Shown here in pieces: positions 14,717 to 22,912 of a stretch of DNA of 24,000 bases (position 1 is the stretch's first letter; each line of letters starts with the position of its first letter). The position numbers were made by a program, and so were the translations under genes. The notes beneath the pieces are model-generated. The model saw only the letters and a list, made by a program, of their open reading frames with translations. It did no database searches and was not told the origin of the DNA. The DNA is taken from assembly GCA_022834735.1 (NCBI GenBank), contig BQKD01000001.1, positions 139,659 to 163,658 of the forward strand, read 5' to 3'. This DNA is from Erysipelotrichaceae bacterium OPF54. Lineage in GTDB: Bacteria > Bacillota_I > Bacilli_A > Erysipelotrichales > Erysipelotrichaceae.

Positions 14717-14856
14717 CCTGTAAATAAAAAAGAACCGTGGGACACACGGGGATAGCTCGCTTATGCTTGATGAGATATCGTCATCGAACGAGAACCGACT
14801 GTTCGCTTTTTAAGCGAAAGGAAGCCCCCACCTCTATAGGTGGGGGAGGATGTCAC
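14660..14856 (+). ncRNA. Probable omega-RNA (reRNA) scaffold of TnpB; 5' end not determinable
   Basis: Position follows the known TnpB arrangement, overlapping the tnpB 3' end and the right end. Four consecutive hairpins are seen at 14735-14749, 14769-14785, 14802-14818 and 14825-14846. The guide would be the flanking sequence just 3' of the element end. Confidence 0.35.
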
Positions 14857-14874
14857 TACTAAAGGAGGTTTATA

Positions 14875-15552
14875 ATGAGAGACATTTTGGAAGGCATGCT
14901 TGCTGAATCCGGAACTTTGACCACCGAAGAGATCTTAATGCATATTTTCGCGGCTCTGGTATTAGGCATGTTTATTTATATATCGTATTATATCAGCCAC
15001 GCGGGAACGGCATATTCCCGCAAATTCAATATTTCGCTCGTCTGTCTGACAGTCCTGACCGCCACGGTCATGACCGTGATCGGCAACAATCTTTCGCTTT
15101 CGCTCGGTATGGTCGGCGCCTTGTCGATCGTCCGGTTCCGGACAGCGGTCAAAGATACGAGAGACACGATCTACATATTCTGGACGATCGTGGTCGGTAT
15201 CTGCTGCGGGGTCGCGGACTATCTGGTCGCGTGTGCCGGAAGTGCCGTGATCTTTGTCATCCTTTTGTTCCTCGGCCACGTGAAAAACGAAAACCGGATC
15301 CTGCTCATTGTCAAAGGGAGCAGGATGTACGAGGATCAGATCGAAAAGGAGATCTTCGATTATTTCAGCCGCAAGGCGCTGCTCCGCACCAAGAACACGA
15401 CGCCGACCACAGTGGAATATATTTACGAGCTGTCCAGGAAAATGCTGAATGAAAGCAGCCGGAGCGGCACATCGATCACCAGCGCTCTTTATGAGATCCC
15501 CGATACGCAGTATGTCGATATTGTCGCGCAGAGCGATGAGATCAGCGGATAG
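14875..15552 (+). CDS. DUF4956-family membrane protein
   Basis: An N-terminal TM bundle contains GALSIVRFRTAVKDTRDT, the hallmark I recall for DUF4956, and is followed by a soluble C-terminal domain. An AAAGGAGG RBS is present. Confidence 0.8.
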   Translation: MRDILEGMLAESGTLTTEEILMHIFAALVLGMFIYISYYISHAGTAYSRKFNISLVCLTVLTATVMTVIGNNLSLSLGMVGALSIVRFRTAVKDTRDTIYIFWTIVVGICCGVADYLVACAGSAVIFVILLFLGHVKNENRILLIVKGSRMYEDQIEKEIFDYFSRKALLRTKNTTPTTVEYIYELSRKMLNESSRSGTSITSALYEIPDTQYVDIVAQSDEISG

Positions 15553-15554
15553 AG

Positions 15555-17063
15555 ATGAAATACAAGATCATCAGCGCCGTATCGGTCGTTCTTCTGCTCG
15601 TCCTTCCGCTCGCTCTGCAAGCCCTGCGTTCGGACAGCGCGGTATCCAGGGCACGGGGACGATACATTCAGCATCTTGAAGCGCCAAAGGAACAAAGCGC
15701 TTCGAGCGCAACGGACCCTGTGCATTTTCAGACCCATCTGCCGGTCGTGGAAATCGATACGGACGATATACCGGTCCCGGGCAGCTGGATCCTGAACGCA
15801 CAGGGAGCACGGACCGGAACGGAAACGGTCAACGGACAGGAACAGATCGAAGCCCATATCCGCTGGATCGATCACGATACGTCTGTCAAAACATACAAGG
15901 ATGACGGGCTCGACACCCGCGCTCTGATCCGGATCCGGGGCAATTCCTCGCGCGCGTTTGACAAAAAAAGCTACCAGATCAAGCTGATCGATGAAAAGGG
16001 AAACGAAGAGAAAGCGCAGCTTTTCGGGATGGGCGCGCACGATAACTGGGCGCTGTACGGACCGTATCTGGATAAAACGCTCATCCGCAACTACCTGCTC
16101 ATGAACGTTTCGGCTTCGGTCATGGGATATGCGCCAGAAGTGCGCTTCTGCGAAGTTTTTCTCAACGGCCGGTATCAGGGACTGTATGTGCTCATGGAAA
16201 CGATCCGCAAAGGCGGTTCGCGTATCGATATAGAAACGTACGAGCCGGGGAAAGCGGAATTCGACTATATCCTGCGGATCGACCGCAATGATCCGGACAG
16301 CCGGGTCGTCAACTCGTTTTCAACCTACACGTTCCGGCAGGAAATGCTCGGAAGCAGCGCGGGCGTGCAGGTCATTTATCCGCCAGCCTCAAAGCTGGAC
16401 GAAAAAGGACTGAAATATATCGAAGACAATTTGAGCGCGTTCGAAAAGGCACTGTATTCCTCGGATTACCGGAGCGCTTCCAGGGGCTATCGCCGCTACA
16501 TCGATGTCGATTCGTTTGTCGACTATTATGTGCTCCAGGAATTTCTTGCGATCTCGGACGCCGGCACCCGGTCCACGTATTTATACCGCGATCGGTCCGG
16601 CAAGATAAAGATCGGTCCGGTCTGGGACTACAACAATGCCTGGAACAATTATTTCATGTCGTTTGACGAAGAGGGAAGCGAATTCATGCTGGTTGACCGG
16701 ATCTGGTACGACCGGCTGCTCAGCGACCCGTACTTCAATGAAAAAGTGATCGAACGCTACAGGGAACTTAGAAAAACGTTCCTTAGCGATGAAGCCCTGC
16801 TCAGCGAAATGGATGAGATCGTGGATTATCTGGGTAGTGCGGTCGGACGCAATGAAAGCGTCTGGGGCTATGCGTACGATCCGTCCCTGCTTGATGGCAA
16901 CCAGAAGCTTTTTCCGGATGAGCGCAATCCGGAAAACTATGAAAGCGCGCTCGAACAGATGAAAGAGTATATGCGCCGGCGCGGCGCGTGGATGGACCGG
17001 CATATCGATTCGCTGCGTCAGTATGCCCATTCATCGCGTACGGAGAAATACGAAACGAGGTAA
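15555..17063 (+). CDS. CotH-family (atypical kinase fold) protein with an N-terminal signal or anchor sequence
   Basis: The N-terminus is a signal or anchor sequence (MKYKIISAVSVVLLLVLPLALQAL). IRIRGNSSRAFDKKSYQIKL, YLDKTLIRNYL, YQGLYVLMETI and GPVWDYNNAWNN are typical CotH segments. The start lies 2 nt after the DUF4956 stop. Confidence 0.85.
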   Translation: MKYKIISAVSVVLLLVLPLALQALRSDSAVSRARGRYIQHLEAPKEQSASSATDPVHFQTHLPVVEIDTDDIPVPGSWILNAQGARTGTETVNGQEQIEAHIRWIDHDTSVKTYKDDGLDTRALIRIRGNSSRAFDKKSYQIKLIDEKGNEEKAQLFGMGAHDNWALYGPYLDKTLIRNYLLMNVSASVMGYAPEVRFCEVFLNGRYQGLYVLMETIRKGGSRIDIETYEPGKAEFDYILRIDRNDPDSRVVNSFSTYTFRQEMLGSSAGVQVIYPPASKLDEKGLKYIEDNLSAFEKALYSSDYRSASRGYRRYIDVDSFVDYYVLQEFLAISDAGTRSTYLYRDRSGKIKIGPVWDYNNAWNNYFMSFDEEGSEFMLVDRIWYDRLLSDPYFNEKVIERYRELRKTFLSDEALLSEMDEIVDYLGSAVGRNESVWGYAYDPSLLDGNQKLFPDERNPENYESALEQMKEYMRRRGAWMDRHIDSLRQYAHSSRTEKYETR

Positions 17064-17066
17064 TTT

Positions 17067-19157
17067 ATGAAACGATATCTCATCATTATGACATGTATCG
17101 TGTTCGCGATCGCAGCCGTCGTCTTTGCGTACGATCAGGCTTATTTTCCGAAAAGGAGAGCCACGCGGGTGACTTTCCCTTTTCATGTCGAGAACACGGC
17201 CATCATCGAGGAAAAGACCAATGAACCGTTTCTTGTCAAGGGCGTGGATGTCGACAGCTTCGTTCCGGGCTATTACGATACGGATCATGCGGTGAGCAAG
17301 CAGAAATACATGGAATGGTTCGAACAGATCGCCGATATGAACGCCAATACAGTGCGTGCGGTCAGGATCTACGATCCCGATTTCTATAATGCGTTCTATG
17401 AATTCAACACGCAGCAGATCGGAAAGAAAGAGAGTCCTTTGTATCTGATCCAGGTCGTCGGGGTGACGGACTATGCCCAGAACAATGCCCGGGATGCCTG
17501 GTCCGACGAATTTTACGGATCGCTGGTGCGCAACGCGAAACGGTGCGTGGATGTCGTGCACGGCCGGCAGTTTCTGCCGTACGCCCGAACATCCGGATAC
17601 GGACTGTATACGCGGGATATCTCGCCATGGCTTCTTGCCTATGAGATCGGCAGCCGCTGGGAAGCGGACACGATTGCCTATACGGACCACAAAGACGACA
17701 GGACCGGCGCGTATGAAGGAGAGTATATCGAGGTGGACGGAAATGCGACATCGTTCGAGCGCCTGCTTGGCCAGGTCATGGACACGCTCTGCCAGTATGA
17801 AACGGACAAATACGCCCAGCAGCATCTGATCGCGGGCACGACCCAGCTCAATACCGATCCGTTCGATTTCGAACCGCTTTATGATCAGCAGATCGGCAAG
17901 AGCGCGTCGATCGACTTTTCCCGCTTCAAGGCCGGACCTCGTCTGGTAAGCGGACTGATCATTGCCTACAGCTATCATGACTATGGACACGATTTTTCGA
18001 AAGATCTGACCCCCGACGAACAGGAACGCCTGAAAGGCGTGCTTGACCAGGACAATGCCGGGACCGGGGCAGATCCTTACCTGCGCCTGTTTGAACACTA
18101 CAGCACCCATCCGGTCATCCTGGTCAACGGCGGGTATTCGAGCAGCCGGGGACAGACCGGGCTGGATGGGCCGTACACGGAACAGGAGCAGGGCGAGGCG
18201 CTCGTGCGCTTGTATAGAAAAGCGCTGGCTTCAGGCCTTGACGGAATGGTGCTGACGGGCTGGCAGGACAACTGGTCGCGCAGCGACTGGAACACGAGCC
18301 CGTATGTCGAAGAGGGACAGCAGCCGTTCTGGCACGATCTTCAGTCCGAAGGACAAGGGTTCGGGCTGCTGGAGTTCAAGCCGCTCGGAATCAACGGAGC
18401 GATCGAAATCGATGGCGAAACGCAGGAATGGACGAAAAAGGAACAGATCCTGAGCTGCCCGGTCGGGAAGCTGTCGGTCCAGTTCGATGCAGAAGGGGTA
18501 TATATGAAAATAGACTGGGCCAAAGACGTGCAGTTTCCGGTCGTGATCCCGATCGATGTGACGCCGAACAGCGGGGCGCGCCAGATCGAGGGCGAGCCGT
18601 ACACATTTGACAGGGACGCGGATTTTGTGCTGGTGCTCGACAATAAAAAAGAAGCCATCCTGCGGGTGCAGACGTATTACGAGAGCGTGCGGGCAGCCTG
18701 GAACGCGCAGATCCGCGGTTCGGATGCGTATTCGATCCAGGTCCCCGAACCACATGAAGCACGGTTCGTGCCGGTTGAGTCGGTCGCCGAAGGGGCGATC
18801 GTGGATACGGCCGGACACCTGACCTATTTTATGCCGACGGTCGCCTCGGGCGTACTGCGCTGCGCAAAAGGGGCGGATCTGTATTCGATGGCGGATGTGA
18901 CAGAACTGCGGCTGCCGTGGGGCCTGCTGAACTTTTCGGCGCCGAACCAGGCGGCTGTCCACGATGATTACTACCTGCATTACGGTATCGAAAGCCTTCC
19001 TGTCGAAAATATGTATGTCGGGCTTGGCAACGCGGACGATCCGGATATCGTGATGGAAAAAATAAAGCTGCCGCGCTGGGTCCGCAATTTCGAGTACGAG
19101 GAACGGCTGAAGGATTCGTATGCGATCGTTCAGGACGCCTGGAAGGAAGAACGATAG
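17067..19157 (+). CDS. Membrane-anchored extracytoplasmic protein of unknown function; the N-terminal part looks like a clan GH-A (beta/alpha)8 glycosidase
   Basis: The 696-aa protein has a single N-terminal TM (MKRYLIIMTCIVFAIAAVVFAY). The segment FLVKGVDVDSFVPGYY....YMEWFEQIADMNANTVRAVRIYDPDFYNAFYEF resembles the first strands of TIM-barrel glycosidases or transglycosylases. No family could be assigned by eye. Codon usage and translational coupling support it being coding. Confidence 0.7.
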   Translation: MKRYLIIMTCIVFAIAAVVFAYDQAYFPKRRATRVTFPFHVENTAIIEEKTNEPFLVKGVDVDSFVPGYYDTDHAVSKQKYMEWFEQIADMNANTVRAVRIYDPDFYNAFYEFNTQQIGKKESPLYLIQVVGVTDYAQNNARDAWSDEFYGSLVRNAKRCVDVVHGRQFLPYARTSGYGLYTRDISPWLLAYEIGSRWEADTIAYTDHKDDRTGAYEGEYIEVDGNATSFERLLGQVMDTLCQYETDKYAQQHLIAGTTQLNTDPFDFEPLYDQQIGKSASIDFSRFKAGPRLVSGLIIAYSYHDYGHDFSKDLTPDEQERLKGVLDQDNAGTGADPYLRLFEHYSTHPVILVNGGYSSSRGQTGLDGPYTEQEQGEALVRLYRKALASGLDGMVLTGWQDNWSRSDWNTSPYVEEGQQPFWHDLQSEGQGFGLLEFKPLGINGAIEIDGETQEWTKKEQILSCPVGKLSVQFDAEGVYMKIDWAKDVQFPVVIPIDVTPNSGARQIEGEPYTFDRDADFVLVLDNKKEAILRVQTYYESVRAAWNAQIRGSDAYSIQVPEPHEARFVPVESVAEGAIVDTAGHLTYFMPTVASGVLRCAKGADLYSMADVTELRLPWGLLNFSAPNQAAVHDDYYLHYGIESLPVENMYVGLGNADDPDIVMEKIKLPRWVRNFEYEERLKDSYAIVQDAWKEER

Positions 19158-19158
19158 G

Positions 19159-20154
19159 ATGGGAACGGTCATATTTGTGATTCTGGTGCTGTACATGGCA
19201 TTCAGCGTGATCCTTGCGGTATTCAATTTGTATTATCTGCGGCAGATGGAGCGGCAGAGCCGACGGCAGATGGATACGGACAAATTCAGGCAGCGCCTTC
19301 TGGATGCGCTGGAACCGGCGGGAGAAAAGGCGGAGCGGCGGCGCATCAGATGGTACGTGCGCGCGGGCAGCCTGGGCCGTTTCAAAGAGGAGATGCGTTC
19401 TTTCCGAAAAGAAAATCCTGCTCTTGCGGATGCGTATTTTAAAAAGTACGCGGTCGATTATATGCGGCTGCTGCCGGCGATCCGGGAGGCGGAGCTTACC
19501 GAACGGACGATCTATGCTCGCTTTGTGGCGGAAAACGGGATCAACCGCGCTTATAAGAGCGAAGCGTTTGCGCGCGGCATGATCGATCTGATGGACCGCT
19601 CTTCCATGTTCCTGATCCAGGGGGTGCTTTGTGCTCTGGCTTCGATGGGGATGCCGGATGCGGTTGACGAAACGTTCAAAGTAATCACGGAACGGGGCTA
19701 TTACTGCTACAGTAAAAATATCGCTGCGGCCCTGATGAAGTTTTCGGGCTCTTTTGAAGAGCTGCTTGCGGTGCTTATCCGCTACCGGCACACCTACTCG
19801 GTCGAGATCCAGTGTGCCATCCTGCAGGTCCTGCGTCGTCAGGGGAGCGTCTATGCCGACGAAATGCTGGCTCTGCTCAAAGACGAAAGCGAAGACACGG
19901 AAGTGCGGATCGAGGCGCTGCGCTATCTGCTCAGATACCCGATCCGTCCGGCTGCCGACTATATCGCGTCCATGATTTCCGGGCGGAAGGAAACGAACTG
20001 GGTGATCGTGGCGCTCGGGCTGCGGCTGCTCGCGGATTTCCCCGATCCTGAAAACAGGGCGCTGCTGGAAGGGCTGGCGGACGATCCGATCTGGTACGTT
20101 CGTCAGAATGCTGCCGCTTCGCTTGAAAAAATGAAGAAAGGGGCCCGAAAATGA
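19159..20154 (+). CDS. Single-pass membrane protein with a cytoplasmic HEAT/PBS-lyase-like repeat domain
   Basis: The ATG at 19159 has a GGAAGGAAG RBS and lies 1 nt after the upstream stop. The TM segment MGTVIFVILVLYMAFSVILAVFNLYY is followed by a positively charged stretch. HEAT-like repeats include EDTEVRIEALRYLL and DDPIWYVRQNAAASLEKM. Confidence 0.7.
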   Translation: MGTVIFVILVLYMAFSVILAVFNLYYLRQMERQSRRQMDTDKFRQRLLDALEPAGEKAERRRIRWYVRAGSLGRFKEEMRSFRKENPALADAYFKKYAVDYMRLLPAIREAELTERTIYARFVAENGINRAYKSEAFARGMIDLMDRSSMFLIQGVLCALASMGMPDAVDETFKVITERGYYCYSKNIAAALMKFSGSFEELLAVLIRYRHTYSVEIQCAILQVLRRQGSVYADEMLALLKDESEDTEVRIEALRYLLRYPIRPAADYIASMISGRKETNWVIVALGLRLLADFPDPENRALLEGLADDPIWYVRQNAAASLEKMKKGARK

Positions 20155-21560
20155 ACATTCAGATGATCCTGTATATCGCGGAACTGTTTTTTGTTGTCTA
20201 TCTGATCATTTATTCTACGTTTCTGTTTGTCTCGATCCTTTTAGGGACGGTCGAGCTTTACAATATGCACCAGATGAAGCAGTACCGGATCGACCGGCTC
20301 GACGAGATCGATATTCCGGTATCGATCGTGGTGCCGGCCCATAATGAAAGCGTGACGATCGTTCAGACCATCCGCTCCCTGCTTGCGCTTGATTATCCGG
20401 TTTACGAGATCATCGTGGTGGATGACGGCTCGAGCGATGATACGGCATCCAAGGTGATCGAAACGTTCGGCCTGCACGAGATCGAGGCAAGCCTGCGCGA
20501 CGATCTGCGTTCCCGGCCGATCCGGCAGAGCTATACCGGTCATACGGACGGGGTGCATATCCTGCTGCTGGTCAAGGAAAACGGCGGGAAGGCGGACAGC
20601 CTGAACGCGGGGATCAACTGTGCGCATTTTCCGTATTTTCTGTGCATGGATGCGGATTCCCTGCTGCAGAAGGATGCGCTGATGGAAATTGTCAAGCCGG
20701 TCATGGAGCATGAAAATGTGGTGGCGTGCGGCGGTCTGATCCGGATCGTGAACGGCGCCGTGTTCCAGGATGGCCGGGTGGTGAAATACAGGATCCCGTA
20801 CCGGATCCTGGTTGGTACGCAGATGCTTGAATACGATCGTTCGTTTCTTGGTTCCCGGCTGTTCCTGAACCGGTTCAACGGCAATCTGATCGTTTCGGGA
20901 GCGTTCGGCCTGTTTCAGAAAAAGGCGGTGCTGCAGGTGGGCGGCTATTCGACCGATTCGCTGGGCGAGGATATGGATCTGGTCATGAAGCTGCATACGT
21001 ATTTTCGCATGAACCGCAGACCGTATACGATCGAATATGTGCCGAAGGCGGTATGCTGGACGCAGGCGCCTTCAAGCATAAAAGACATTTTTGTGCAGCG
21101 CCGGCGCTGGCATATCGGGCTCATGCAGTGCCTGAACAAATACTGGCGGATGTTTTTGTCGTTTGATTTTGGCGCGCTGGGCTGGCTTTCCTATCCGTAT
21201 TATTTGTTTTACGAGTATTTGTCGCCGTTTATCGAGCTGGCCGGGGTCGTGGTCACGCTGCTGGCCTTATGGTTCCGGCTGATCAACTTTTCCTATATGG
21301 TCACGTTCTTTCTTGTTTATTTTGTGTTCGGGGTGTTCATGAGCGTGAGCGCGTTCCTGGCCCGGGTGTATTCGCAAAATGTCCTGGTGACACGTCGGGA
21401 CATCGGGCGTGTCTGTCTCATGGCTGTGGTGGAAGCGTTTTTCACCCGGTTCGTGGTGCTGGCGGCGCGGATCAGCGCGCTTTTCAGGCTGCGCAGGAAA
21501 AAGATGGAGTGGGGCTCGATCACGCGGACCGAAAATCCGGGACCGGAGAAAAAACAATGA
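20151..21560 (+). CDS. Processive family-2 glycosyltransferase (PgaC/IcaA/cellulose-synthase-like polysaccharide synthase)
   Basis: The motifs are VVPAHNES...YPVYEIIVVDDGSSDDT, NGGKADSLNAGI, MDADS (DxD), GEDMDL and QRRRW (Q-x-x-R-W). TM segments lie at both the N- and C-termini. The start overlaps the upstream stop (ATGA). Confidence 0.9.
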   Translation: MNIQMILYIAELFFVVYLIIYSTFLFVSILLGTVELYNMHQMKQYRIDRLDEIDIPVSIVVPAHNESVTIVQTIRSLLALDYPVYEIIVVDDGSSDDTASKVIETFGLHEIEASLRDDLRSRPIRQSYTGHTDGVHILLLVKENGGKADSLNAGINCAHFPYFLCMDADSLLQKDALMEIVKPVMEHENVVACGGLIRIVNGAVFQDGRVVKYRIPYRILVGTQMLEYDRSFLGSRLFLNRFNGNLIVSGAFGLFQKKAVLQVGGYSTDSLGEDMDLVMKLHTYFRMNRRPYTIEYVPKAVCWTQAPSSIKDIFVQRRRWHIGLMQCLNKYWRMFLSFDFGALGWLSYPYYLFYEYLSPFIELAGVVVTLLALWFRLINFSYMVTFFLVYFVFGVFMSVSAFLARVYSQNVLVTRRDIGRVCLMAVVEAFFTRFVVLAARISALFRLRRKKMEWGSITRTENPGPEKKQ

Positions 21561-22087
21561 GGAAACGATGGCTGGCCGGAGTGGCGGCTCTCTTTCTGGC
21601 ATGCATACTGAACGGGTGCAGGACGCAGGCACATACGGCCCTTTTTTCCTGGGACCCACAGCAGGTCGGGCAAACGGATCAGAAAGAAATGGATGAGATC
21701 CTTTCTGTGTACGGGATCGATGCTCTCTATCAGCTGATGGATCGAAAAAATACGGCTGGACTGGAGCGGTTCATGGCGCATCTGGCCAAACAGGGTGTGG
21801 CGGTGTATGCGCTGGCTGGCGAGACGGAATGGGCCCTGCCGTCCGGCGCGGACGCTATGGAAGGGGAGCTGGAATGGCTGTTCTCGCTTTCCGGTTCGCT
21901 GAAGAACGGTTTTTCAGGGATCGTGCTGGATGTGGAGCCATATCGGAACGAACGCTGGGAAAAGGATCCGAGGCAGGGGATGAAGGAATATGTGGCGAAT
22001 ATGAAGCGCGCATACGAGTCGTGCCGGCAGGTACGCATGGCCTGGCCGAACGCAATACCTATGCCAATACGGACCGGGAACACGTAG
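21557..22087 (+). CDS. Lipoprotein with a glycoside-hydrolase-like motif (GIVLDVEPY); the 3' end is possibly frameshifted
   Basis: MRKRWLAGVAALFLACILNGC contains a lipobox (LNGC). The start overlaps the GT2 stop (ATGA). A different frame (to 22185) continues with genome-typical codons after the stop at 22087. Confidence 0.65.
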   Translation: MRKRWLAGVAALFLACILNGCRTQAHTALFSWDPQQVGQTDQKEMDEILSVYGIDALYQLMDRKNTAGLERFMAHLAKQGVAVYALAGETEWALPSGADAMEGELEWLFSLSGSLKNGFSGIVLDVEPYRNERWEKDPRQGMKEYVANMKRAYESCRQVRMAWPNAIPMPIRTGNT

Positions 22088-22210
22088 AGAGTTCGAAAAG
22101 GCGGCTGCAGGAATCGTATCCGGATATCCGGTTTGCCTATCATTCGCTGGAGGCCTTGAAAAAACAGGAACGTTCCATACAATGAAAGCAAGGAACAAGA
22201 GAAGGGAAAC

Positions 22211-22879
22211 ATGGAGAACAGACTACACAAAATTGCCTGCCGCATCCAGAAAGAAGGGGTCGTGCGGCGCGAATACGGTCACGCGTATGTGGCTGATGAT
22301 ATGGAAAAGGGGCTGGATCTGCGCCCGCGTCTGGAAGCGAAAGAGGCGATCGGACGAGAGATTGCAAAGCGTCTGGAGGATTTTCACACGGTCCTGCTCG
22401 ATTGTTCTTCAACGGTTCATAAGGCGGCTGCTCCGCTCAACCGGATGTCTTCGCGGGATATTTTCACCAACTCGCTTGTTCTGGCTGAGCGGCTGGATGC
22501 GCAGCGGCATTGTGTGTTCGTGCTTCCAGGGCGCAAGCGTTCGAAAAACGAAAGCCTGATCGGGCCGTGGACCGAGGAATATATCGCGAGGATCCATGTG
22601 GATGTCTGTGTGCTCGGCTCTTCGGGTGTCCTGCATGCGCAGGGACCAACGTGCCACTCTTACACCGAAATTTCGACGAAGAGGAAAATGATGGAAGCGG
22701 CTGATTTTGTGATCGTGGCGCTGGATGCGGGCAAGTTTCCGGAAAGCGGCCTGCACACCTATGCGTCCTGGGACGAGGTGGATGCGGTTATTACGGATCG
22801 CATGCTGGACAGGAAGACATATGCGTTCCTGATGGAAAAGATGGAAGTATGGGTGGCGCAGGATGAAGTGTCCGGATAG
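22211..22879 (+). CDS. DeoR-family C-terminal sensor domain protein lacking most of the N-terminal HTH (possible 5'-truncated remnant)
   Basis: The segments LLDCSSTV, VFVLPG, IHVDVCVLGSSGV, TEISTKRKMMEAADFVIVALDAGKF and AVITD fit the DeoR-C/sugar-phosphate-binding fold. An in-frame stop at 22157-22159 leaves no room for the ~55-aa HTH. The residual KEGVVRREYGHAYV resembles only the wing. Confidence 0.6.
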   Translation: MENRLHKIACRIQKEGVVRREYGHAYVADDMEKGLDLRPRLEAKEAIGREIAKRLEDFHTVLLDCSSTVHKAAAPLNRMSSRDIFTNSLVLAERLDAQRHCVFVLPGRKRSKNESLIGPWTEEYIARIHVDVCVLGSSGVLHAQGPTCHSYTEISTKRKMMEAADFVIVALDAGKFPESGLHTYASWDEVDAVITDRMLDRKTYAFLMEKMEVWVAQDEVSG

Positions 22880-22912
22880 CGAAAAGAACGGTGAAAATGG
22901 TATAGTGAGGCC

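Larger units (their letters stand above)
13484..14856 (+). mobile_element. TnpB-only IS200/IS605-family (IS1341-like) element with no tnpA; boundaries approximate
   Basis: The two ends share a 16-nt core CCCACCTCTATAGGTG (13494-13509 and 14827-14842). This core forms a 5-bp hairpin at the left end and a 9-bp hairpin at the right end (CCCCCACCT-CTAT-AGGTGGGGG, 14825-14846). The element encloses a single tnpB gene. It sits between the VTC stop codon and the DUF4956 RBS. Confidence 0.75.
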
